Shown here in pieces: positions 26,202 to 36,506 of a stretch of DNA of 64,000 bases; the stretch's first letter is position 1, and each line of letters starts with the position of its first letter. The notes beneath the pieces were generated by a model. It searched no databases and was not told the origin of the DNA. It saw only the letters and a list, made by a program, of their open reading frames with translations. Source of the stretch: Marsupella aquatica (lineage: Eukaryota; Plantae; Marchantiophyta). Both the position numbers and the translations under genes were made by a program. The DNA lies in assembly GCA_973895155.1 (NCBI GenBank), contig OZ316893.1, forward strand, positions 20,154,857-20,218,856, read 5' to 3'.

Positions 26202-27526
26202 GTAAGTTTCAATGGAATGGAGCATGTCTCTCGGCATCTTTGGGAACACGTCTATCACCCTCTCTCATGAATCCGGCGTGTACAGATTCTCACATAGAGG
26301 GCGTCAGAGGCGAATAATATTGTCGTCTGGTTTCAGCTCCACGCATTACTATCGTGTGTGTTGTAAGGTCTCGATATCGGACTTGACCTAATCAATTTAA
26401 GAGTACTTGCCCTCAAACTTAAACTACGAGATTTATGATTATAACCACATGGGAAGAGAAGGAGGAGATTTTGGTATATAGCATCTGTTTTCGAGATTTG
26501 TCTTCATTTTTTTTTTTCGCGTCGGTTTTGGTTAGCTATGAATGATATCTCCTCCTCTTCCCTTTAATTTTTAGTACAGCTCGGAGCAATTTCTCCATCT
26601 ATTCCTGTCGATTGGGTGTTGTCGTGAGCTATTTCCCGACCGATTGCAAAACTTAGTGGGCAACTTCGCTAGAAACACAGGAAATATCTCTTCCCTGTAG
26701 ATGCATTTTGCTGAGTAATAGTGAAACCTCGGAAGCACCTTGGATTGATCCTGTTCTGGTGTTCTAAATCGGTGTTTGAGATGAAATTTGACTGGACGTT
26801 ATGTCGTTGTCCGGGACATGGTCACTCTTGTTTGGCTAACTTCAATCAATTTCTCCAATTGCGAGATCTGGCTGGCAAGTTGATACCTGGCATAATCTAC
26901 TGTAGCGCACTTTCGTTGTCCCTATCGCATGAGCAATCGCCGAAGTTGTGTTGAATGAGAAGGAAGATCTGGTTTAGGTCTCACTGATCTGGAGAAACAC
27001 CTAATTCATGCCTTTTATAGCATGGTCTGTCCTATAGGTTCGCGAAGTTGAGAAATTGGGCAGTAGTCAGCAATCGTAAACTTGATCTGCATGTCTTTTG
27101 CTTTGGAATGTCTCATATGTGGGTGACCAGAGAGCTGTTTGGAAGGAGGGGAATGTCCCTGAGGAAATAAATAACTGATCATTTAAAGCTGGCAAGGTGG
27201 ATTTGTTATCGATGAGAATGAATTTTGGAAATGAGGGTGGGTGCTTTCGACGTGGGGACGTTATTCTCTCATCAAATTATTCCTGGAGTCGACTTTCGTG
27301 TGGGAGCCCTTCTGCTGGCAGCTTCATTGGCTGCTCCCAAGGTCGACTTCTTTTTCGCAAAATATCAACGCAGGTACCACAGCTCAGATTAGTACTTCTT
27401 CTTTCAAGATGTATCCATCAAAAATAAAGTCAGTATGCGGGTAAAACTCACGATCATATTTCAAATTCACACTTCTTCTAGCAAGTCATATGATCCGACT
27501 TGAACGAATTATTGATTTGCAGATGA

Positions 27527-27699
27527 ATGAAGCTATGCGAAGAGTGTGTTGGAGTGACTAAACTCCCGTGCAAAAATGCCGAGGGCGAGGGCAGGAGAAG
27601 GTTCTCATGTCATTGACCTGGTTGAGCAAAGCCGCTGGATCATGTGATACCTGCCGTGGGAGGGGGCAGCTGCCATGCCCCTCCTGTTGTAGGGGTTGA
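27527..27699 (+). pseudogene. DnaJ-like cysteine-rich zinc finger (CxxCxGxG) exon, frameshifted
   Basis: After a TTGCAG acceptor: KLCEECVGVTKLPCK/(one A missing in AAAAA)/CRGRGQ...GSCDTCRGRGQLPCPSC..*, giving four CxxC-type motifs. Confidence 0.7.
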
Positions 27700-27885
27700 A
27701 GGAAACTGTTGAGGGAGTGGGTGGTTCGTGCAGTTGTGAATTGTGTGTTGCGGTGAGGCACTCTGACAAGACGGGATGCAATTATCAAGCTTAGTCGCAC
27801 CCTGGAGTGCTCAAGCCTGAACGATCTCAGCCCAGAGTTTTGGTGCAAGCCAATCTGCTTTTCTATGGATGGTTATGAGCCATTA

Positions 27886-28259
27886 GGGCGTGTCGAAGTA
27901 TAGCCACAACAATGCTTGTCTATGGATTATCATGAGCCATTAGGAACAATGCTTTTCTATGGATGGTCATGAGCCATTAGGGCGTGTCAAAGTATAGTCA
28001 CAACAAAATGCCTTAATATGGCTGTAAGAAGTGCCTTAATAAGATGTGTATTTAGGTAGCCAGTAAGGAGTTTAGTCCTGTCCCTAAAACAATTTTATGG
28101 TCTTGGTGTCAAAGTATAGCCACAAGACAAGCCTTATGGCTGTAAGATTCTTTTGGGATGTGTATTTTTGTAGCAAGTAAGGAGTTATGTCCTGGCCATA
28201 AAACAATTTTATGGCTTTTGGCTATATCTCACTTATGGCGGCTCTGTTTTGACACTCCC
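27886..28259. mobile_element. TA-flanked MITE (TIR GGGCGTGTCAAA...TTTGACACTCCC) with a duplicated left end
   Basis: TAGGGCGTGTC(G/A)AAG at 27884 and 27978; TTTGACACTCCCTA ending at 28261. Confidence 0.65.
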
Positions 28260-28609
28260 TATTACTCCATGCCAGCCTGACTTAGGGTTATGAGATTTTG
28301 GCACCCTATTGGGTTATCCACTTTCTGGCGCAATTTTCAGGTCAGGTTGTAATTAGAGTAAAACTACACTTGGGGCCAGATTCAGGCTTGTCAATGGCCA
28401 CTTGGGGGGTCATGGCTGTAACCCCCTTGCCACCCTCATAGGAATAACCATAACTCCCTTGGTGCCATGGGTTACCCTACACTTCATCCCTGGCACTCAC
28501 TTGACAAAATGATGATGGCCCCAATTAAGCAGCACTTGCAAGGCAAGACGAGGAAGCTGGGGTGCCAGTTTGTATCAACAAGTCCAAGCTGGGACCAAGA
28601 ATAGGAGGT

Positions 28610-28900
28610 TGGGCAAAGGCAGAGGGCTACAAACCAGAACTCCATCTACAAAGGGCTATAGGTTACCGGTAGCTCTCATCTACAAAGGGCTATTGGTTAG
28701 GGGTAGCTCATCTGCAAAGGGCTATGGCTATTCTCGGGCAAAGGCAGAGGACTACAAACCAGAACTTTATCTACAAAGGGCTATGGGTTACTGGTAGCTC
28801 TCATATCATTATACACTGCATCTACAAAGGGCTATTGGTTAGGGGTAGCTCGTCTACAAAGGGCTATGGGTTACCGGTAGCTTTCATCATACACTGCAAA
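28610..28900. repeat. Tandem array of TCTACAAAGGGCTAT(T/A/G)GGTTA-containing units
   Basis: The motif recurs 6 times, with a higher-order duplication of GGGCAAAGGCAGAGG.CTACAAACCAGAACT. Confidence 0.85.
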
Positions 28901-30052
28901 GGTTCAGTTTTAGTAGGAATAGGCTTGAGCTCCACAAAAGGTAGTGAGTGCTCCACCTTTTATGGTGAGTAGTGAGGCATGAAATGGGGCTTTAATAGAG
29001 CCAGGTGTGGTGAACAGCTGCAGAGTTGGGTTGACCTGCAGACGGAAATTCACTGACCAGCAGGTGTGTCCTCCATGAAAGCAGAATGTGATGCTAGACT
29101 GGTGACCAATCAGTGAGCCCTCGTACCCTACAATCTGCGTTCCATGTTAGCCTTGCAATTGCCAGCAATCCGCACCTTGAATTTCCTTGCACAGGAAATG
29201 GCCTTAGGGGCTAGAAAGTGAGACTTTAACAAAAGACCTTTGTTGGATGAAACAGCTTACAGAGTACTTTCGTCGGATACAGGGTTCACAGGACCTGTCG
29301 CGGGGAGAAGATCCAAGCTGAACAACGCTTTGCCTTTCTGAATCACCAGTCGAGAATCACAAGCCGACAGCTTCATAATCTTGACAGTGAGAATCAATAC
29401 TAATAATTACGGTCAAAGTTGCTTCATGGATGAAAGTTGTGAACGACTTTTCCAAAGTGGGAATGACTGAATATTTTGCAACAGACATTGTGACTCACTA
29501 ATTTCCAGTAACCAATGGGCAGCTCGTCTTTTCATTTCAACTATTCAGGAATAAAATACTCCGGACGTGTCATACATCCATGAAAGGTTGTGGCGCGCAC
29601 CAATACATCAAACCAGAGGAGCAGTGGACAATCTTTGCAAGACTGGCAATGGTCTTCCCATCTCGCTAACTTAGCATCTGCAAACCTTTCGCTTCTCCAA
29701 AAAACAGTGGCGAAGGACAACAATGTGACCAACTCGCCTTTTCGACAATTGATACAAGCGGAGAAAACCAATACCAAACACCGAAATTTTGAAAACGGAA
29801 GCGTTTCAGGACCCCATTTCCACAATCTTTTCACTCAAAACCCTAAACTCTATCGAAAAGTACAAGCATGGTATGGACAAACAGGAGTCTTAGGTTTTAT
29901 AATTTCATAAAATCTACACGGACAGCGTGATGCATTTCTGTAATAGAAGGTGAGCTAAAATGAATCTTTACAAGTGAACCCTAATTTCTGAAATGATATG
30001 GGCCGGTCCAGCATCCATATATCTGAGATTCTCCGACCACTACCCCGATTAA

Positions 30053-30493
30053 CTAGTAGCGCGTGAGCAGAGGAGGGAAAGGACGGGGGAGCAGAGATCC
30101 CGGGGCGGGGCCAGAAGGCATCTCCCACTTCTCTCGAAGCCGTTGGGTATCCCAGTTCTTCCTGTGCCGGCAATTACCAAAAGTCCCTTTAAAGCGCTTC
30201 CCCTTCTTCGTCCTCTTGTCTCCACGGCCACATATCTGCCAATCTCCTCCTCCTGCGCTTGACATAAGATCTTGACCTTGCGGCTCTCTCAACCGCCCGC
30301 CGTCTCGCGTGTTCATGCCATTCATAAGGGACGAAGAAGACCCTTCCGTTCCTGCTGCTTCAGCTGCGGCCGCAGAACCAGATTGAAGTGAAAGAGAGCC
30401 ACCGTGCAAAAGCGAATGCACAGATCGTCGGAGAAGTAGCGAAATGGTGGCGCTGCGAAAGGACTCTGCAGCAGCAAATCGTGCAACCTGCAT
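30053..30493 (-). CDS. Organellar small ribosomal protein S31 (bTHX/PSRP4 family), probably the mitochondrial form; single coding exon
   Basis: CGRGDKRTKKGKRFKGTFGN is the bTHX signature. The N-terminus MQVARFAAAESFRSATISLLLRRSVHS resembles a mitochondrial presequence. The start could instead be the in-frame ATG ~40-45 nt upstream. Confidence 0.88.
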   Translation of the reverse strand: MQVARFAAAESFRSATISLLLRRSVHSLLHGGSLSLQSGSAAAAEAAGTEGSSSSLMNGMNTRDGGRLREPQGQDLMSSAGGGDWQICGRGDKRTKKGKRFKGTFGNCRHRKNWDTQRLREKWEMPSGPAPGSLLPRPFPPLLTRY

Positions 30494-30627
30494 TGTTGAA
30501 GCTACGTCAAGATACGACCATCCGCTGCGCGAGAGCATGGGCAAAGCGAGGGCAGTAAATTCATAACCTTGCAAAGCTGTCTCTCCTCTCTCTGTCTCTC
30601 TCTCTCTGCAATTTCTGCGGTAGCTCG

Positions 30628-31295
30628 AGAGGCTTCAAATCCATTTTAGAACCAGCCTTACTTGCAACCTGGCAATGGGGTTTGTGTAGGGTAACCCATC
30701 CCCAAGCAGGGTTACTGGGATGTAATCCATAGGGCTCAGGCTTATAGCCATTATCCCCAAGTGGGGATGAGTGGCTTCAAATCCATTTTGGAACCCTACT
30801 TGTAACCTGGCAATGGGGTTGGTGTAGGGTAACCTATCCTCAATCAGGGTTAATGGGATGTATCCAGAGGGCTCTGAGCCTGAGGGGATTATAGCCATTA
30901 TCCCCAAGTGGGGATGAGAGGCTTCAAATCCATTTTGGAACCGGCCCTACTTGTAACCTGGCAATGGGGTTGGTGTAGGGTAACCTATCCTCAATCAGGG
31001 TTAATGGGATGTAATCCAGAGGGCTCTGAGCCTGAGGGGATTATAGCCATCATCCCCAAGTGGGGATGAGAGTTTAGGGTAAAGCTGAGTATACTGAATT
31101 TTTTCAAACCATTCAGTTCAGTTTAGCATAGCAAAATCCCCATCTGTCTATCACTTGCACTTATTCTATTTCTGATTCAAATTTCAAGAATCCCCAGGCC
31201 AGGCTGGCCCAGGGGTTCCATGGCTTCACCCGGGGGTAATGCTTCATAACCTTGTCTACACATATGAAACTAAGGAAAAATTCAGGAAGGTTTAC
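30628..31295. repeat. Dispersed repeat family: three tandem ~140-bp units plus a ~220-bp tail
   Basis: TTCAAATCCATTTT.GAACC...GTGTAGGGTAACC...ATCCCCAAGTGGGGATGAG occurs three times. 30998-31290 is homologous to 51705-51998. Confidence 0.85.
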
Positions 31296-31400
31296 AGAGT
31301 ATGCAACTTTTGTACCAACTAAGGTTACACCTGAGGACCATTCATACTCCACTAGCCCAATGTCCATGGGTCCAATAATATTATAGATAGCCAGTGATCC

Positions 31401-31706
31401 TTGATATTCAAAGAAATCCCTCACCCCTGCATCCTTGGCCAACCCGCTTGCATTTGTGGGGCATCCCTGGACCCAGGGGTTGTTCATATTCTGAAGTGTG
31501 GTCACAGGAGCGAGCGGATGACAACACATGACTACATTTGGGATGTGATGAGGGCCATTTCTCAGGAGTCGGGGTACCATCCGTGGGCTGATCTGGTGTT
31601 TCCCCAGGCTGGAGTTTGTACCCTTGGTGATGTGGACCCCTCCCCAAGTGACATCATTCTGACTTGTAATCGGACTATTACCCAGAGGCAGGTTCAGATA
31701 TTATAG
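31401..31706 (+). mobile_element. Fragment of an RLE-type (CRE/R2-group) non-LTR retrotransposon C-terminal domain
   Basis: CICGASLDPGVVHILKCGHRSERMTTHDYIWDVMRAISQESG fits the CxCG..H.L.C zinc knuckle followed by the (R)HD motif that precedes the restriction-like endonuclease. Confidence 0.6.
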
Positions 31707-31973
31707 TGTTTGATATATATATTTTTTGCCTGATAGCAAGGAGGTGGGTGCCTCAGAATCTTCCACAGGAAGAGCCTACACCCAAGCATTCAAGAATAAT
31801 TGTAAAAAGGTCTTAAATTCTTCAAATAATGTTAGTGACATTATTTTCATAACTGTACCATCCCCACATGATACAAAACCATCCTGGATTGATAACATTT
31901 AGCGCTTAGGATTCCTCAAATGTCAGTACAATATTATACATGAATAATGAAATTATGGGATTATAGAGAATTA

Positions 31974-32811
31974 GGGTGTGTCAAAATAGGGCCATTAGTG
32001 AGGTACTGCCCTCACTACTGCCAAGGACATAAATAGGATTTATTTGCAGGACAAAATTCTCAGGGGTTACCTATTTAGGGTAAAGCTTTTTATCAACCTG
32101 TCCCCCTAACTTGCCGAAATTCCTAAGCTGTCCCCCAAACTATTTTATTTACTTTCCTGCCCCCCATTCCGTATACCAACTGGTATGTTAGAAGTATGGT
32201 GCTCTGGATGCCAGGTGGCAAGGCGTCATTGGCCCGGATGATTCTGGCAAGTACTCCTTCCCCCCTCCCTGTCGGGGCCCGTTTTCCTGATGCAAGGACC
32301 CGGGAGGAGGCCAAACGGCCCCGCCACGAACCTCCGCTCCCCCCCTAAATTTCCACTGCCCCTGACCTCCGCTGCCCCTGCCCTTGCAAGCGCCAACCTC
32401 AGCGGGCCTGAGCCTGAGCGAACCCCCAGCCAACGTTGGGGCTCGTGAGGGCAGGGGCAACGGAGGTCAGGGGCAGCGGAAAATTAGGGGGGGAGCGGAG
32501 GTTCGTGGCGGGGCTGTTTGGCCTCCTCCCGGGTCCTTGCATCAGGAAAATGGGCCCCGACAGGGAGGGGGGAAGGAGTACTTGCCAGAATCATCCGGGC
32601 CAATGACGCCTTGCCACCTGGCATCCAGAGCACCATACTTCTAACATACCAGTTCGTATACGGAATGGGGGGCAGGAAAGTAAATAAAATCGTTTGGGGG
32701 ACAGCTTAGGAATTTCGGCAAGTTAGGGGGACAGGTTGATAAAAAGCTGATTTAGGGTACCCAACCCCCCCCCCCCCCAATGTCCAAAGTGAGTACCCCT
32801 TTGACACGCCC
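31974..32811. mobile_element. TA-flanked MITE hosting a nested foldback element
   Basis: TA|GGGTGTGTCAAA at 31972 and TTTGACACGCCC|TA ending at 32813; same TIR family as 27886 and 45417. Confidence 0.7.
32083..32749. mobile_element. Near-perfect foldback element (Mutator-like), ~300-bp arms, ~60-bp spacer, 10-bp TSD
   Basis: 32084-32385 is the reverse complement of ~32447-32748; mirror ORFs 32123..32314(-) and 32518..32709(+) differ at 2 of 63 aa. ATTTAGGGTA is directly repeated at 32073-32082 and 32750-32759. Confidence 0.92.
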
Positions 32812-33804
32812 TATGTGTCCATAATCACAGAAGCACAAGAAGTTTATTAGTCGGACATCTCAAACATTTTCTCTGGACAGGTGAGGAGAGGTGTGACTAG
32901 TTCCAATAGCTAGCTCTGAAAGTTCTCGCATGAGAAACAGATGTTGCTTAGACTTAAACAGGTGCTGTATTAGAAACCGGATGCGTACTAACTACTGTAG
33001 TTGAGTGCTACCAAAATTGATGGGCCCATTGATTGATTGGATTTTAATCCTCTCAACATGTCAAAAAGAAGCACTAGCTTCCTTTTCCGAATTTTGCGAA
33101 GGACACGATCCATTTGATTAATGTGGACTTGTTTGGCGGGCTTTTCAGAATCCCTTTTTATGCATGAAGGTATACCGGTGAGTCATGTTCCCCTCAATTC
33201 AGGATAGATGTTCCGAAGATAATCCATTCCTGGTTTTAAGGTCTGAAGGGTTCTCACAGTTTTTAATCGATTGTCAAGAAAATCTAAACCTCCTTGCATG
33301 GAAGCACCCTTCTCACATGGAAATCTTCACGGAAAGGAAGTCAGAGTCAATCGTCTTCCTCACAACACGAGTAGATGGCTGGATAAGGTCGCAGACAATT
33401 TTCCACCATGATCTTGTCCAGAACAGATACAAGGCATCTGTAGCACATGATAGATTGGAAAATTTGATCTATTGCACCCTTGCAATAGATTGATCGAATT
33501 GAAAACTGAAGGTTGGCTTCAATACAAGATTGAAACATAGAAACCGACCCAAGTCAGTTTTCAACTCGTGCGATGCCTAGATTAAATCGATCTCCGTAAT
33601 CTCAAAGTTTCATTCATTCGTTCTTTTGCGCTCTTGATGGTGAGATATTAATAGTGATCCGATTCATATCGACTTGATTCACAACTTCGCATTGTGACCG
33701 GTTGACGAGCACCAACTCTTCGGGAGACATTGCTTTCTCGAGACTGAGATGGCTCATGTGATTGAGGCTGATTGTAGTGATGTGACTCTACACGAATAGA
33801 CGAG

Positions 33805-36506
33805 TCACCCCTCTTGAGATCGGCAGCGAGGTAGTTTGATTGGGGCAGTCTGCTCGTGACGAAGATTTGTTCTAGGCTTGACGGGAGGATAATCTTTGTA
33901 TGTAGTCGATTTTCGCACTTCATCAGATTCATTGTCCCACGATGAATCCCTCTGAGAGTTGAATATGGCAGTCCCTTCTCTCGCTGTGTGAGGATCAGAT
34001 TTCCGCCATGAATCACTCTGATGATCAAACTCGGAAGCTTTTTTTGGTCGTGAGTCGGTATGCCGCGAATCTTTGTGAGATTCTTTAAATGAGGATGATT
34101 CATCTAGTTCTCGATCGGGTGCAAGGTTGTGCCACCATGAATCTTGCATTATTTTCCTTTCTTCGGTACCCCTTCCACGGTCTTCGTACCATCGCGAATC
34201 TGTGGTTGAGACAGTATTGTCAAAGACTTCTCTCGCAGAGAAGGGTTGACACTCTTCTCTTGCTTCATAAAGATCGTTTTGTCTCCATGAAGTCCTCGCA
34301 GTGTGAGGATCATCAAATTGGTCTGACAATTCTCTTATTTCCTCGGACTCGTTCTTACACCATACATTTCTTGCCGTTTGACGACCATAGTTAGGCAATG
34401 GTACATAGGAGTGAGGATTATCGTTATTCGATGCCGAGTCCTTTGCTGAAAAAAGACGATGAGTGCACTTAATACCTGATTCCTTTGTTGTTTGAAGATA
34501 TTCGTTTTGAAACGAGGAGTCCCTTGGCGTGTGAGGATAATTATTAGCCGATGATGAGTCCTTTGCTGCAGGACGAGGACGGGCGCACATGGATGAGTCA
34601 TTCGCTGGCCGAGGGTTCTCCTCCCATGAGAAGTTTCTTGGAGCATGAGCATCATCATAGAATTCACTTGTCACGTCATCATCATTCGCATAGCAAGGTC
34701 TTGACCTCTCGCTTGACCTCCAATCGTGAGGCCCATACGTTGAAAGACTTGGAGTCCTAGTTACCTGTGGACTGTTGTACTTCAGAGATCCTCTCGTCAT
34801 TTGTGAAGAGTTGCTGGAGTTTAATGGAGAAAACAATTGAGAAGGATCATTATACCGGAATGATTTATTCAAAGTATGAGGAGAGCTACAGGAATGTACT
34901 GATTTCCGTCCTACATCACTATAGTAGTTTTCACGCTGCCGATTGTTTCTTTGAAGGCCCTTTGGTGGCAACTGTGCATGACATGACTGGACTCTTCGAG
35001 GATCTTCATAACGAGTACCTGTTTGAACCTCGCGCCAGGGCGATCGCAATGGGCTTAAACCTTCTTCAGACTTGTCTTGCCAATAGCCTTCACAACACAT
35101 GAAGTGCGGTCCATCCTTTCGGCTTGAGGCAAACACTGCTCTTCCAGCAAGAGAACAACCACAGTTACTTACTTTGCGGCTTGCAGACGAGCCCTTGTTT
35201 CGACAGGGAACCTTGCGGAGACTTAATCCTCTTTGATACCTTTCGATGAGTGTGATGCGGCGTGTTAATGATGCTTTGATTCCATTTGAAGACCTGCGAG
35301 GAGTTGCTGTTGTCGTGTCGGGAACAACACGGACGCAGCTGTGTCGAGATTCTGAATGTGGATAATCTCGATACAAAATCTCTCTGCCTTTGGGGAGGCT
35401 TCTCAAGCACTCATTTGGGGCTTGATTGTCTAATCTAGATGGACAATGTGTGAGTGACTCCTGTTGAACAAGACCAGTCTGAGAATCATGTCTCCCGGAT
35501 AGCCGGGGAGTAAAACTCCTGCTTGATGAAGGCGATCCCGATCTTGAACGGGAAATTTGAGTAGGACAGTCTGCATTTGATCTGCGGACACTAGACCGTG
35601 ATCTGCCCAATGTGTGTGGTAGATATAATGAATTAGCGCCTGCATCCATTGATGTCTTTCTCAAAACATTGGATGAGGTCCGGAGACCCCGATTTTCAGC
35701 ACATCGCAACAATTCTTCTCGGTATGGGTTGCTGCATTCTTCTTTGCGGAAAAAATGCCCACCTAAGGAATCGGTATTTTGATTATCGTAGGGATCACCT
35801 GTGTTCGTTTCGTCATTTTGATGCCCTCTCCCAGTTTCATGGTATTCTTCTTCGTGGCAAAGATCTCGAGCTACAAAGCTGGTGTACTTCTTCCGAATTC
35901 GCTGACCTCTAGCATTGTTTTGGCATTCCTTTCTGAGAGTAAAATCTTCAGCAACACAAGTGGCGTCATCTTGTCTGGTGCATGCCTTCTTGCTTCGACC
36001 TCCAGGCACCTTGTACCGGTCTTGGGGCTGGGATCTAAAGATTTCTTTTGTGCACAGACCTTCTTCTTCATCCTCTTCATTGTCTGCATTATCTCGCTTG
36101 CTCAGATTCTCAACAGTCTTCCTGGGCTCGTTGAAATGAGGTCCAACCAACGCATCATCATGCTGGTGACGGCGTGAGGGTGATCGAATAGTAGAATTAT
36201 AGTCGAGCCTTCCAGGAACACATCCGCGCGAATGTGACTTGGGATCATCAAATCGAACAAACATTTCTGCCTTCCACTCCTCTGGTCGATGCCCAGGCGT
36301 CCCCACCATCTCTAGAGAGTGCATGAAAGTTTGTAATGCTCTACTCCAGTTTACTGACCTTGTGGCAAATTGGAAGCAAAATGTTGTTAACAATTCACTC
36401 CCAACATAGCTAAAAACCACCTACATTCATCGTGGACTGTGTGCGCTCCACCAGCCTCCTGACCTTTCTCCCTCAGCACAACAAACTTTGATACTGGGGA
36501 AATCAT
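33805..36506 (-). CDS. Uncharacterised ~880-aa S/R/D-rich, probably disordered protein
   Basis: 2.6-kb uninterrupted ORF (33805-36420). A possible first exon 36506-36421 joins in frame through a 62-nt GT-AG intron (uncertain). No domain recognised. Confidence 0.7.

Noticed and set aside
32123-32709. Paired 63-90 aa ORFs on opposite strands
   Set aside because: They are mirror products of the GC-rich palindrome, with no coding features.
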